Notes under the pieces: model-generated | Told to the model about the DNA's origin: nothing | What the model saw: only the letters and a program-made list of their open reading frames with translations | Databases searched by the model: none | In this document: positions 52,352-64,000 of the stretch, piece after piece | Numbering within the stretch: the first letter of the stretch is position 1 | Layout of the letters: each line of letters opens with the position of its first letter | Position numbers and translations under genes: made by a program | From: Octopus bimaculoides | Taxonomy: Eukaryota | Length of the DNA: 64,000 nt | Direction of reading: 5' to 3' | NCBI RefSeq assembly: GCF_001194135.2 | Contig: NC_068989.1 | Location: 94,179,163-94,243,162 of the forward strand

Positions 52352-52560
52352 AAAGCGGGTGATCTAGTGGTTATAGGGTTGCACTCACCATCGCTAGATC
52401 GTGTGTTCCATTCCTGGACTGAGTGGTACAATGAGTAAAACACTACGTTTCAAATTTTGTCAATACATTCAGCTGTAAATGGGATAGCTCTTAGACAGAC
52501 AAGTCTTCCGAACATGGGTAATGTTAGCCTGTTTACCTAGTCTTTGGGTCGCATCGTTTG
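52352..52560 (+). mobile_element. tRNA-derived SINE, degenerate
   Basis: gatctagtggtta (A-box-like), gtgttccattcc (B-box-like), gagtaaaacact...tcagctgtaaatggg. Confidence 0.55.
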
Positions 52561-54371
52561 AAAGCAAAATGAAATGACGTGTATTGTGACTAGCGAAGTA
52601 TATCGACATCCGATCCAATTGCCTGGTCTATCTCGTGAATATATATATATATATATATATATANNNNNNNNNNNNNNNNNNNNNNNNNNNNNNNNNNNNN
52701 NNNNNNNNNNNNNNNNNNNNNNNNNNNNNNNNNNNNNNNNNNNNNNNNNNNNNNNNNNNNNNNNNNNNNNNNNNNNNNNNNNNNNNNNNNNNNNNNNNNN
52801 NNNNNNNNNNNNNNNNNNNNNNNNNNNNNNNNNNNNNNNNNNNNNNNNNNNNNNNNNNNNNNNNNNNNNNNNNNNNNNNNNNNNNNNNNNNNNNNNNNNN
52901 NNNNNNNNNNNNNNNNNNNNNNNNNNNNNNNNNNNNNNNNNNNNNNNNNNNATATATATATATATATATATATATATAACTTCTACTACCTCTCAGTAGT
53001 CAACCCATTCCTCTCTAGCACTGTCTGTAACCAAATTCAACCACTCCTTTCTCCTTCACCCACCACCACTTTTACAACGTCGACTCTTCTAAACTCAACT
53101 ACAACTATTTCTACTACTTCTAGTGACCAACCTCAACAACTCCGTCATTGTCCCCCCTCAATCTCAATTACCCCAATGTCATCAAAGTCCAACAAATTTA
53201 TATCTAAAGATTCTTACTCTTAAAAATTCTCACACGTCTAAAATGAAATCCAAAAATACGCCACCATTCTTTACGTTCTCACACAGAAGGAGATCCCTCA
53301 CTTTGTGTATGTATACATATTATGCTATGCACCGATTTGACGGCAATTCCCCTTCTCTCCAGATCTTACAGCAGAGGTTTTGGCGTATTGTTACGTAACT
53401 CTCTCCTTTACACTAGAGTTCAATCGGTGCTGCATCTAGACCTAACGCTCTCCCGCTTTTTTTAGCCCCTTCTAGCTCACGTCTTAGTTTTTTGCCCTCT
53501 CTTCTTAGCGGTGTATATCGGTCTCTTTTGCCGATAGAATATTTATCCTAGGGTCGACATAAACATGATAGCATGTTGTCTATGAATTAATAAAATAAAA
53601 CCCGTCATTAATCTTCTATATATTTGCTATACAATTATAAAGTTTCTTTAAATGGCATTCAACTCAGAAATAGATAAGTTATCAATTGCATTCATTCTTT
53701 CATTTATTTACTAATTTTCGTTTGATTACAATCATCATCTATCAAACTTAACTGAAAGTTGCAAGATACAAACAACTGTTAAAACAATTGTTGCACTTGC
53801 TATAAAATAAATGGTTCTCACGTGTTATACACGATGTTATCCACGCCATTTTTCACAACCGTTTCTTTGACGTAGTTGAAACGTACTGCATAGATATCAG
53901 TAATGTATAACGCTTGGCGCAGAAGTGAAAATTACATTATATATATTATCGAATGTGACATATCATTCATTATTCATAGAGAATGGCTTATTCTCCAACA
54001 GCTGCTTCACTGAAAAGTGAAGTGACAAAGATAAAATTTAAGCAGACGCCTCCAACATGGTCATGTATAGACATATACACATGCAAAGAGTTATATATCA
54101 TCATTCTTATAAATATGTATATATATAGATATATACATATGTATTCGCCTTGGTTCGTTGCTGTATGAATGAATTTATACACTGTATTACACAAGTTAGC
54201 AATCATTCTGAGAATGGAGAGGATGAATGAGACACATTGGATAAACCTTAATATAATATAAACATTGACAAGGAGGAACCTACTGACAATACGAACGAAG
54301 CAGAAAGTAAATGCAACTTAAATGCAGAGGCACGAAGAAGGCAGGGGACGTTTGTGGTTTGAGTTAGTGTA

Positions 54372-54778
54372 TTCTTTTAGTCTTTTACTTGTTTCAGTCA
54401 TTTGACTGCGGCCATGCTGGAGCACCGCCTTTCGTCGACCAAATCGATCCCCAGGATTTATACTTTGTAAGCCTAGTACTTATTCTATCGGTCTCTTTTG
54501 ACGAACTGCTAGTTTATGGGGACGTAAGCATACCAGCATCAGTTGTCAAGTGGTGTTGGGGCACAAACAGACACAGATATACACACATACATACCCACAT
54601 ACATACATACATACAGATATATATGCGACGGGTTCCATTCAGTTTCCGTCATCAAATCAACTCACAAGGCTTTGGTGGGTCCGAGGCTATAGTAGAAGAC
54701 ACTTGCCCAAGGTGTCACGCACAGGGACTGAATCCGGAACCATGTGGTTGGTAAGCAAGCTACTAACCACACAACCAC
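54372..54778 (-). mobile_element. SINE family 1, best-preserved uninterrupted copy
   Basis: Head (gtggttagtagcttgcttaccaaccacatggttccgg), CORE-like caccttgggcaagtgtcttctactatagcctcgg, internal (TATG)n/(TG)n, tail ending gaaacaagtaaaagactaaaagaa. Confidence 0.9.
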
Positions 54779-55159
54779 TTGTGCGCGTATACTCGAAATC
54801 TTTAAAATATTTTTTTAACGTATAATATAGATGTAATTTGTGACGCTGAATCTTAATTTGTTATTCATTTATTCCAGAAAAAAATTTGCGAAAATGTTAC
54901 AGGTGTTCAAAGTTTGATAATTGATAATTTCAGCCAATCAGAAAACAACGCTTTCGCTGCCTCTACCATCATTTGTAGAAAGTGAGAGAGATACAGAAAT
55001 AAGATAAATATATAGGTTTCTTGTTGGTTTTGTTCCCCAAGAGATGAAAGTGCTCTACAATTTCTCTACTATATGTGTTAAGAAAATTACTTTTCAAAAG
55101 GATCAGCAACACACATGCACGCACACACACATAAGCTCATACACATGCACACATATATA

Positions 55160-55163
55160 TAGC

Positions 55164-55207
<44 letters not shown>

Positions 55208-55208
55208 T

Positions 55209-55257
<49 letters not shown>

Positions 55258-55258
55258 G
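55160..55258. repeat. (AG)n/(AGAC)n microsatellite
   Basis: Seen directly. Confidence 0.95.
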
Positions 55259-55416
55259 GATAATTTGAGAACACATTCATACAGCAATTATACTTTTTTC
55301 CTCAATTTGAGGATCGTCCGCTATTACAACCGAATGTATCCTCGCTTTGAAAGAAATAATTCAGAAATTTGTATTTCCCGAGCAAATGAAATATCGCAAA
55401 TGATATTGCATTTGCG

Positions 55417-55452
<36 letters not shown>

Positions 55453-55526
55453 TGGCTTTCCTTGGAATTGCACGCATATTGTGTGAAGTACTTTGTCTGT
55501 CTGAGGTCCTTGTGACTTGACAGACA

Positions 55527-55822
55527 GTGTATGAGTGTAGCGAAGGGTCGTGGTTAGTGGTCAGTGCATTCGGCTCACGACCTGCGGTGCATCGAGAAAG
55601 TCTCTTTATTTCCTGCTGTTCCACTTAACTCACCTGATAAATATGGCTTATACCTGTAATCCAAAGGGCCATCCTTGTCCCCTTCTGTACCACGCTGAAT
55701 CTTCTTGAGAACAACGTTAAAGGTACACGTGTCTGTGGAGTACTCACACACTTGCACGTTAATTTCACTAGTAGGTTGTTTCGTTGATCTGATCAAATAA
55801 AACACGCGTCGTCGTCAACGAC
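55527..55822 (+). mobile_element. SINE family 3, degenerate
   Basis: Body cctgtaatccaaagggcca.ccttgtc...cgctgaat...gttaaaggtacacgtgtctgtggagt matches reverse complement of 60441-60660. Confidence 0.75.
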
Positions 55823-55890
55823 GAAGAACCAGTTACATACACGCGCGCGCGCGCACAGACACGCATAAGGTGTTAGGGACTGAGGAAAAA

Positions 55891-56350
55891 TGGCTTCAAA
55901 TTTTGGCTCAAAACCAGAAATATTGTGGGGAGGGAAGTAATCGATTATATCAACTTCATTGTTGATGACATACTTGTTTTACCGACCCCGAACGAAAGAA
56001 TGAATGGCAAAATCGCTCTCTGCGCAAATCGAACGTACAACGTAAGTTTTCAAAACAAAAAATAAAAAACGCCGCTTAGCGCTGTTCTATGCGCTGATGA
56101 TTCTACCAGCTCGCTGCCTAAGTGAATGGAAATTTTGGGTTCAAACTTTGGCTCACAACCAGCAACTTCGGGGTAGGGGGTAAGCCGATTACATCGACCC
56201 CAGTGTTCAACTAGTAATTATTTTATTGACTCCGAAAGGACTAAAGACAAAGTTGACCCCGGTGAAATTTGAACTCAGACCGTAAAGACAGACGAAATGC
56301 TGCAAAGCATTTTATTCGGCGTGCTATTACTTCTGCAAGCTCGCTGCCTT
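55891..56350 (-). mobile_element. Two tandem SINE family 2 copies (55891-56120, 56136-56350)
   Basis: Each has tggNttcaaa.tttggctca...cgacccc...tgaaatttgaactcag/aatcgaac...cagctcgctgcct. Confidence 0.8.
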
Positions 56351-56737
56351 AGGGATGAGAAATACTGGAAAATTTTAAAAGGTACAGTTATGTATTAACA
56401 GACCAATCTCAATATTCCATATATTTTGAGGCGACTCTCAGAAACACAGTAAGATGACAGTAACAATAAGAGATACAGGATAAGATAATGGAAATCATAA
56501 TTCCATACAGTCAGATTGCTTTGAGAATTCTGAAATATAAAGACTGGATTGCAGAACTAATTAATCCAGGTTCTTAATATTATTCAGGGCTGTCAGAAAT
56601 GGATGTGATTCTGGTTTGGTAAATGTAAACTAACTTTCGTTACAGGAGAAATAGTATAATTGTTGCATTATACTACTCTGCTCAAATATGATATTGGCAT
56701 ATTAAAGAGGTTCAAATTTCATTACACTATGGCCTCC

Positions 56738-57036
56738 TGGTGGTGGAAATATTAGCACACCGGGGAAATTGCTTAGCAGCATTTCGTCCGTATTTACGTT
56801 CTGTGTTCCAATTCCACCGAGGTCGTCTTTACCTTTCATCCATTCGGGAAATATAAAATAAGTATCATTTAATTCCTAGGGTCGATGCAGTTGACTCATC
56901 TCCTGTCTTCCGAAATTACTGATCTTGTGCCAAAATTTGAAACCAATATCCCATTACATTTAGGCGGTGAGCAAGCAGAATCGTTAGCATGCTGGGAGCA
57001 AAATGCTTAGCCCTTAAAATGTCAGGCCTTGTGCCT
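56738..57036 (+). mobile_element. SINE family 2 full copy (56738-56946) plus internally deleted copy (56961-57036)
   Basis: ttagcacaccggggaaattgcttagc...gaggtcg...cctttcatcc...ggggtcgatg...cttgtgccaaaatttgaaacc; second copy joins head directly to ggccttgtgcct. Confidence 0.75.
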
Positions 57037-60000
57037 ATATCATAAAGGAAGATTTCATCACACTTTTGACAACGACGCGAATGTTTTGATAGTGCCAAGT
57101 ATGCCACAGAATAGAATGCAGCTGTATGTTTGTAAACCTAAATCAGGACTGTCGTCCTTACCTCTCCAGTTATCGGTTTTCTCAGTTAAAATAATAATGC
57201 TTACATCTGAGAACCAAACCCTTGATCAAAATGTGAGTAGGACGTTTCATGCGGTCTTTCGGTTAAACCTCATTGGCTGCTATATCGTCTTTACATATGA
57301 TCCTGCTATTGCAAAATGGGACTTGTAAGTAAGTTTAAAGATAGAGACGTATAAAACAAAGTTCGCAATTTCACTTGGCAGGATTTTTTATGCTATTAAA
57401 AATATTTTCAATTTATTATATGCTGAAATAAAGGGAGGATTTCCACAAACTTTACGCATCAGTCAATCATTTTCGATATTTAGTTATGTTTGCTTATCTT
57501 GCAGCTGGCTTCTGAGATAAACTGAACTGATTCAATTTCGTTGCTCAATAAAAATACCAGCTCAGTACAAGTTTCGAATATGATATTCTATGTCAGTTCT
57601 CGAATCTGAGACTAAAGGATCTCCTTTGAAATTCTTATTTATATGTTTAAAAGACAAGTGGACTTTCAGAAACAATAGAGTGTCAAGAGAAATCTCTTCG
57701 GACATTTAGTTACATCTATTAACGTTCCCAGAACAAATCCAGCGATAACATAATTAATTTAATCAAATACAACCTTCCAAATTATAAGGTATTTTGTTTC
57801 ATGACTTGGGAGACTTTTCTCAATTAACTCATCAATTAGAGTCTACGTGTTAATTTGGCATGCCATGAAAAGCAGCAAAAACTCCCTCAAAATGCATCTG
57901 ACTGTCTTAGAAAATATATTTAAAATAATGTCTTCTTGAATTCGTTGCGCATAGGACAAAGGCGAGATTGTCATATGTGAATAGCTTTGAATATAGATTT
58001 GCTCAGACAATGCTATACCAGACTTAAGCAATATTAATGATAATAGCAAAATCAATATCTAGATATATTTTAAATTGTTTCATCTCTAAATATGAGTTTA
58101 CAAGTCCAGTACTAAATCATATAATGGGAAATCATTACAAATATTCACACATTTTGCACTAAATTGTGCTGACCTTGCCTTATGCTCAATTGAATATTCT
58201 ACCGGAGAGAAAATATTTTGTTATTAAAATTTCGCGTTATAGTTCTGATTTAGAAACATTTTCTTTTGAAAACTCTGCAGTTAATGACTTTATTGCCATT
58301 AAAAAAATTAGTTTTGACACTATCTCTTCTCCTTAGAGAAAACGTAGCTTTGTTCTAAAAACATGATTATAGTTATATGTAAACCTCATCTTTGAAGAGT
58401 ATATGATATTCTATATATTGTCTATGGAATTGTTTTATTTTAACTACTGAAACGTTTTTACAAGTTGGGATATGTAATATATTCGCATTAATTTGCGATA
58501 TTATCTGAATAATATCTGATAGGTTACCTTTTATATTTGTAATTGGAAATGTATGGTAATAGGAAGAATTATTTCCTCAATAGATTTCTACTCTCACGTT
58601 ATCATGTGACCGAAATAACTGCATAATTCAGTCTACTAGTTTCTATACTTCACACTATTGACAGATTTAATATTTTAATCGAATCTCTTAGCATATATTT
58701 ACACTGGTGAACATTTGTATATTAAAGATAAAAATATACACTTTCTAAATAGAATTTAAGTCCCACATGAAAGGTACATATCCTAAATCCGAAATCTAGC
58801 TTACTCTTCATTATATATACTAAACTAACAACCTTGTTCGTAATATGCTGTTACTTATGCACAATATTAAAATATCAAATTGTCATTACTAAATACAAAA
58901 CAATGTTTAATGTTTTTTTTTAATAATTTCTAATGAAATAAATTGCTTATATAATCGTCTATGAACATAAAAAGAGAACAATATATTCAAAAACAAAATA
59001 ACTGTTTGAAATAATTACAAATTTTCAGTGATATTAGTGTACGTAATTCTTCTCATTTACGGACGGCGAAGAATTTAGAATATCTTGACCAAGGTTGCTG
59101 ATTAAGTTTACAATATTTCCGTATCTTGAGAGAAAATGTTTTTCACAATTTTATATAAGATTATATTGTAAATGCTATAGAGTCTTAGCTATCGAGGCTT
59201 AGCGTACATATTCCCTTATTGCTATTATTTAAACTGATTGGTATTTCCACCAAGTAACTTCTATTGCTTTGAATCGATACACATTTACATACAGCAGTTT
59301 CTATATAATGGAACTCGGAAATAATTTTGCTACCCTGTTTTAAAATATATTTTTGTCTATAAACTATAAATGGAAAGCATAACAATGGGGTTTGTACATT
59401 CTTGAGTCACGGTACCTTCTTGAGTTACGGCAAAGACCTTATGTAGGAGAAAGCAGCTTTTTTGAATCTAGATTAATACCTGCTGGTGTTTTGCTTCGAA
59501 TACCTTGATTCTAAATAACTTTAAAACCAGACTGTTTCAAAGAGTATGATGGAGATAAAAGCAACAGGCAGCGTTATGGTGAGATGGGCTCGTTAATACA
59601 CATTCTTAGGGTTTATGATTTGTGATAAGCCACACACAAGAAAAGAAAGATCATGAATGTTGTCTCCGTATTTGCCACAGACATATACGACCAATTATCA
59701 TAACAGCTGATATAGCCTGTTGACCCGTCAAAAAAAAAAAAAAAAACACTTCACACTTGAAGTAATAGTGAGACATAGTTTTAAGTAGAATATGATTTTC
59801 ACACAAACATGCTCACGTCATGTATATAGATATGTATATCGATACTTATAAACGCTTTAAAAATTTCGAGAATGGTCAAACGCCAGTATATCAAAAACAA
59901 TTACACGAAAAACGGAAGGTTTCGAGGTTCAGTAAATACTTGATAGGCTCTACATGATATAACTCGTGCTCGAGAATAACACTGTGGCTACTATTGTATT

Positions 60001-60440
60001 TTGTTTGTAATGATTAAAAGCAGAAATATAAACGTTCTATGGAACTTCTGTTACAGACACTGATACGAAGAACTTGTTTTGTTTACCGAAACTACCACAG
60101 GTTGGGCGTGTTCCTTGATTGATATTTTTAAGCGGTATTCTATCCACTTTATTTAATACGTTTAAAAATGACAAAAATATACTCAGTAAACCCCATTTAT
60201 TAAAGGAATTGTGTTCGGTATATCTTCGTTTCTTTGTTAGCTGGCCATTTAGACGTACAGCTAATTAACCGGAATGATTTTTGTCAACTGTCTAAATCGG
60301 ACAGTTGGGGGTCTAACTGTAATCGGAAAAATGTATTCCCTTCTCCAGAATTGGCAAAAATGAAGTCAGAGTTAAATACGTTTGAATATATTGAGCATGG
60401 GCTTTTCTTTGATGAACAACACATACATACATACATACAT

Positions 60441-60822
60441 GTTGTTGGCACTCCGTCGCTTACGACGACGAGGGTTCCAGTTGATCCGATCAACGGAACA
60501 GCCTGCTCGTGAAAGTAATGTGCGAGTGGCTGAGCACTCCACAGATACGTGTACCCTTAACGTAGTTCTCGGAGATATTCAGCGTCACACAGTGTGACAA
60601 GGCTGACCCTTTGAATTACAGGCACAACAGAAACAGGAATTAAGAGAGAAAGTTGTGGTGAAAGAGTACAGCGGGGTTCGCCACCATCCCCTGCCGGAGC
60701 CTCGTGGAGCTTTTAGGTGTTTTCGCTCAATAAACACTCACAACGCCCGGTCTGGGAATCGAAACCGCGATCCTATCACCGCGAGTTCGCTGCCCTAATC
60801 AATGGGCCATTGCGCCTCCACA
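60441..60822 (-). mobile_element. SINE family 3, full length tRNA-derived SINE inserted in (CATA)n
   Basis: Minus head ggaggcgcaatggcccattgattagggc...ggtttcgattcccagaccgggc (A/B-box-like); ends cggagtgccaacaac; catacatacat on both flanks. Confidence 0.9.
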
Positions 60823-60881
60823 TACATACATACATCTGAACAATAATGATATACATATATCTGAACAAAACTGAAATACAT

Positions 60882-61350
60882 GTGAAGGGGTACCCAAAAG
60901 AAACCGGAATTTTGAAATTATTATATATTATTCAGTTTTAAAAGTTTACACTTTTATCGCCTTCAAAGTATTCTCTATTTGACACATTGCATCTGTCCAG
61001 ATGCTTTTTCACTGTTCGAAACAGCCATAGAACCCTTGAGAAGTAATACCTTTTAACGCCTCCGTTCTTTTCTTCACTTTTACATCTGAAAATTTCGTAG
61101 CACTAGTGATGATCTTCGAAAAAAGTTCGGATCAATTTCCAACTGTTCATTCAATTTATGACACGCATTCAGTCGTAACTACTTTTGAACTTCCGTGAGC
61201 AAGCGAGGCACAGATTTTGATGCAACTCTTTTAATTCACAATTCCTCACTCAAAATCCTTTGATTATATCAACAAATTCCGTCAATCATTCGGTGATGTG
61301 TCCTCCACATATTCTTTGAAGTCAGCTCCTTCCTGAGAGGAAGGATTTGA
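60882..61350 (-). mobile_element. Internally deleted mariner relic
   Basis: Minus fragments KRVASKSVPRLLTEVQK, RLNACHKLNEQLEIDPNF, then a jump to TEALKGITSQGFYGCFEQ and an xEYFEG-like terminus; TIR-like gaaggggtacccaaaagaaaccgg at the low-coordinate end. Confidence 0.8.
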
Positions 61351-61560
61351 ATGATTAAAACAAAACAGAACTTACATACGTGCATGCATACATGGAATAT
61401 TAGGTGTTTTATTAGTAAATGCTTAAAGGAAAATCTGGATAAACTACGATTTTCGGAAAGGGAAATTTACCGGCTAATTCGTACATTACAATTCCAATCT
61501 GTGAGTGAAACATTAAAAATATGCCAGTCTTTTCTCAAGTTACAAATGTGAATTTGTCTG

Positions 61561-61630
61561 TTAACTACATCCCAAAAGATGGAGCCTTGTATCTTTGTTG
61601 GAAACCGGGTCCCTCTTCAGTGACAGATTT
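61561..61630 (-). repeat. Family C repeat, copy 2
   Basis: Matches 455-532. Confidence 0.55.
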
Positions 61631-63322
61631 ATAATAATAAAAAGGAAGACATCTGGCAAGCTAACCTCTAAGGATTCCAGCAGAGAGAGTGCGTCTTCTG
61701 TTTTTCTGCATGATATTTTTTAAACATGGATAGAATACCTGATGTCAGTGATATAATGCAGGATGTCATTGAAACTGGAAATCATATCAGGACATGTTGG
61801 GATATTATAACATACATTATAGATACATCAAGTTTGTGTACTAGGTTAAGAAGTGGGAATGTGTTGGTGGAAAAAAAACCATTCTTCCAGAATACATACT
61901 TGCGTATATTGATAATGTCTTATGTTCTATTTGTTGTTTTTTAATCCACAGATGAGTTTACGAACATGTACTGTGTAATACTTAGTTCACATTGAGAACT
62001 ATAGTTTTACAGACACAAACATATGTGTATATGCATTTATGTTTACAGAGAAAGGCATACGCTCGTGTGTGTGTGTGTGTGTATGTGTGTGCGTGTGTAT
62101 GTACAGAGGACTATAGAGAGATTGACAGACATATGTGCATTCTTTGTATACGCATACGAATCATTCGCTGAGTTTCGATAGCACGAGTGCTGGCCAAACT
62201 ACTATACAATATATAATAAATGAATTCAGATTTTGAAGCAAGAATAATCGACCGAACTGTGTATCCTTTGCCATTATCTGTCTTAGACATTGATAAATAC
62301 AACAAAGTAATAGAAACACATCAAGAAGCGGGAACGGTTTAGTTTGTGCATTATTCAGACAAGGCTGGAATGGTGGTGGTTAATAGATTGGGCAATAAAT
62401 CAAGCGAAGACACAATAGTATTTGTTGGATGCGGATAGAAATGTTTTGATTTCTATGAGAGAGAAAAAAATCTTCCAATATTTCCAATACACCATTGTAT
62501 GGAATATGGTAATACAACTATTCAATCTCTGTCTTATTTAAATTGAACTGTTACAGACTTCGAGAAATCATAATAAAGTTGACAGTAAAATAGTAAAAGA
62601 CTAGAATATACTATGAATAATTTTTCATAAAAGGAATGCGAAAGTAAAATGAAAATAGATTGCGATAACAACGGAAAAGAAGAGCAAAACAAAATAATTT
62701 GAATATACTTAAGAAAGCTTGGGATATTCTAAGCGAAAATCTCAGGTCATTAGTTATTTATTTCAGATACAGCAGAAGTTATGTGTAGACACAAGTATAC
62801 AATCAGCTGTATGAAAGGAAACATATATACTACATCCAAAGGGAAGCTAATTCGTTTGGGGAACAGAACTACATATAAGTCTATTACTTCATTATCAATA
62901 AATGAATTTATCAAGGTGTTGGTTCGAAATTAACAGTACTAGCGGAAACTAAATAACATGTTATTTTGCTACGTCTTTTCCCAGCAGGGTCTAAATTCTG
63001 CTAATGTCAAGCTGTCATTGACGCTTTCTGCGTAGTTAGAAATAAGGTACAACTCATGACTCAACGCAATCGCCTCTTCTGTTTTTAGACCTAAACACTT
63101 ATACGTTTGTAGGAAATTAATTTAGCAATTGTTTGCCTGTCATGTATACCGCATAGTAATGCTGTTATATAGCATCGATTAATTAAGTTAAAATGTATTT
63201 CTGGTCGGTCTAATTTTGGATAGCTATATTTCGATTCTTGAACAGAGGTAGCCAACGATTTATCGTTCACGTATATTTTTTAATGCCTGGCACATGCACA
63301 TAAGCACGCCCCACTCCATATA

Positions 63323-63354
<32 letters not shown>

Positions 63355-63364
63355 NNNNNNNNNN

Positions 63365-63406
<42 letters not shown>

Positions 63407-63407
63407 A

Positions 63408-63655
63408 AAAGTGGCCAAAAGTATTAGACCACCCCAATGTTTTGGGGTTCTGCTATCTCAATGCTAATGAAACTCGTGGAAATGGTAGATTACAGTGTAT
63501 TTCGCAATATACATTAGTTTCAATGCCTGGCCGACCCATCTCTAGCATCAAGAACCGCTTTTATACTGTTACACAATGAATCAAGTAGTTTCTTACAGGT
63601 GCTAGGCGCAATTTTACTCCATTCTTCTCTCAACTTTTGGTAAAAATGCTCTTTA
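63408..63655 (-). mobile_element. Tc1-like transposon 3' end
   Basis: Minus 63640-63520 reads QKLREEWSKIAPSTCKKLLDSLCNSIKAVLDARDGSARH-stop, the Tc1 C-terminal pattern; TIR-like gtggccaaaagtattagaccacc at 63411-63433. Confidence 0.8.
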
Positions 63656-63661
63656 TTTTTA

Positions 63662-63751
63662 ACTAGCAGAAATACCCGGCGTTGCCCGGGTTAAAGAGAA
63701 TGAAATCTAAAAACGCCGTCTAGACTACGCATCATCTTTATATATAGAGAT
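63662..63751 (+). mobile_element. Short Helitron/Helentron-like non-autonomous element
   Basis: Begins ACTAGCAG after a T-run, GC-rich hairpin acccgg-cgttgc-ccgggt, ends ctttatatatagagat. Confidence 0.55.
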
Positions 63752-64000
63752 ATATATACACAAACGGACCTAAACACACGTATATATATGTATATCAATA
63801 TAAATATATGAAAGTCAATGAAGTTTCGTAAAAGAAGGTGATCATGTACATACTTTCTTGCTGTTGTGATTATAACACCTCATTGTAAACTATGTTCCTT
63901 CTTTTCCCTTGTGGAGCATATACAAATAGGTTTTTTGTTGCTGCCCACTCTTGAGCAGCCAACATACAGTTGTCCATGTGAGAAGCAGGGCTCTTCCAAG

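Noticed and set aside
52985-53400. S/T/P-rich mucin-like or ORF1-like reading
   Set aside because: C-rich low-complexity sequence broken by stops in every frame checked, with no recognisable motif.
57843-58055. ORF with a signal-peptide-like start (MILLLSLILL...)
   Set aside because: Starts at a non-ATG codon, has no recognisable domain and no supporting splice structure.
60740-60822. Possible tRNA gene (also 42700-42772)
   Set aside because: A/B-box-like heads continue into SINE bodies and do not form a complete cloverleaf.

Overview
Eukaryotic, strongly AT-rich draft-assembly DNA with 13 N-gaps and very dense (TA)n/(CA)n/(AG)n/(CATA)n microsatellites. The repeat landscape fits an octopus (coleoid cephalopod) scaffold; this is an inference from pattern, not a database result. 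I recognised no intact host protein-coding gene, rRNA, true tRNA or CRISPR array, and nearly all ORFs in the supplied track are translated microsatellites or gaps. The window reads as intergenic DNA or one very large intron, filled with three tRNA-derived SINE families and decayed transposon relics (Penelope GIY-YIG, two mariner, Tc1, RTE LINE, Helitron-like, possible Academ-type). The most unusual signals are: (1) a young 548-bp non-autonomous DNA element with 37-bp perfect TIRs, an 8-bp TSD, nested 71-bp inverted arms and a central telomere-repeat palindrome; (2) about eight hammerhead-ribozyme-like motifs, including a ~140-bp dispersed family with a shared variant core; (3) three separate antisense nestings of a second repeat family into the internal microsatellite of one SINE family; (4) a mariner relic built from two facing 5' ends. 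None is proven functional, and I cannot claim a new biological system from this sequence alone.
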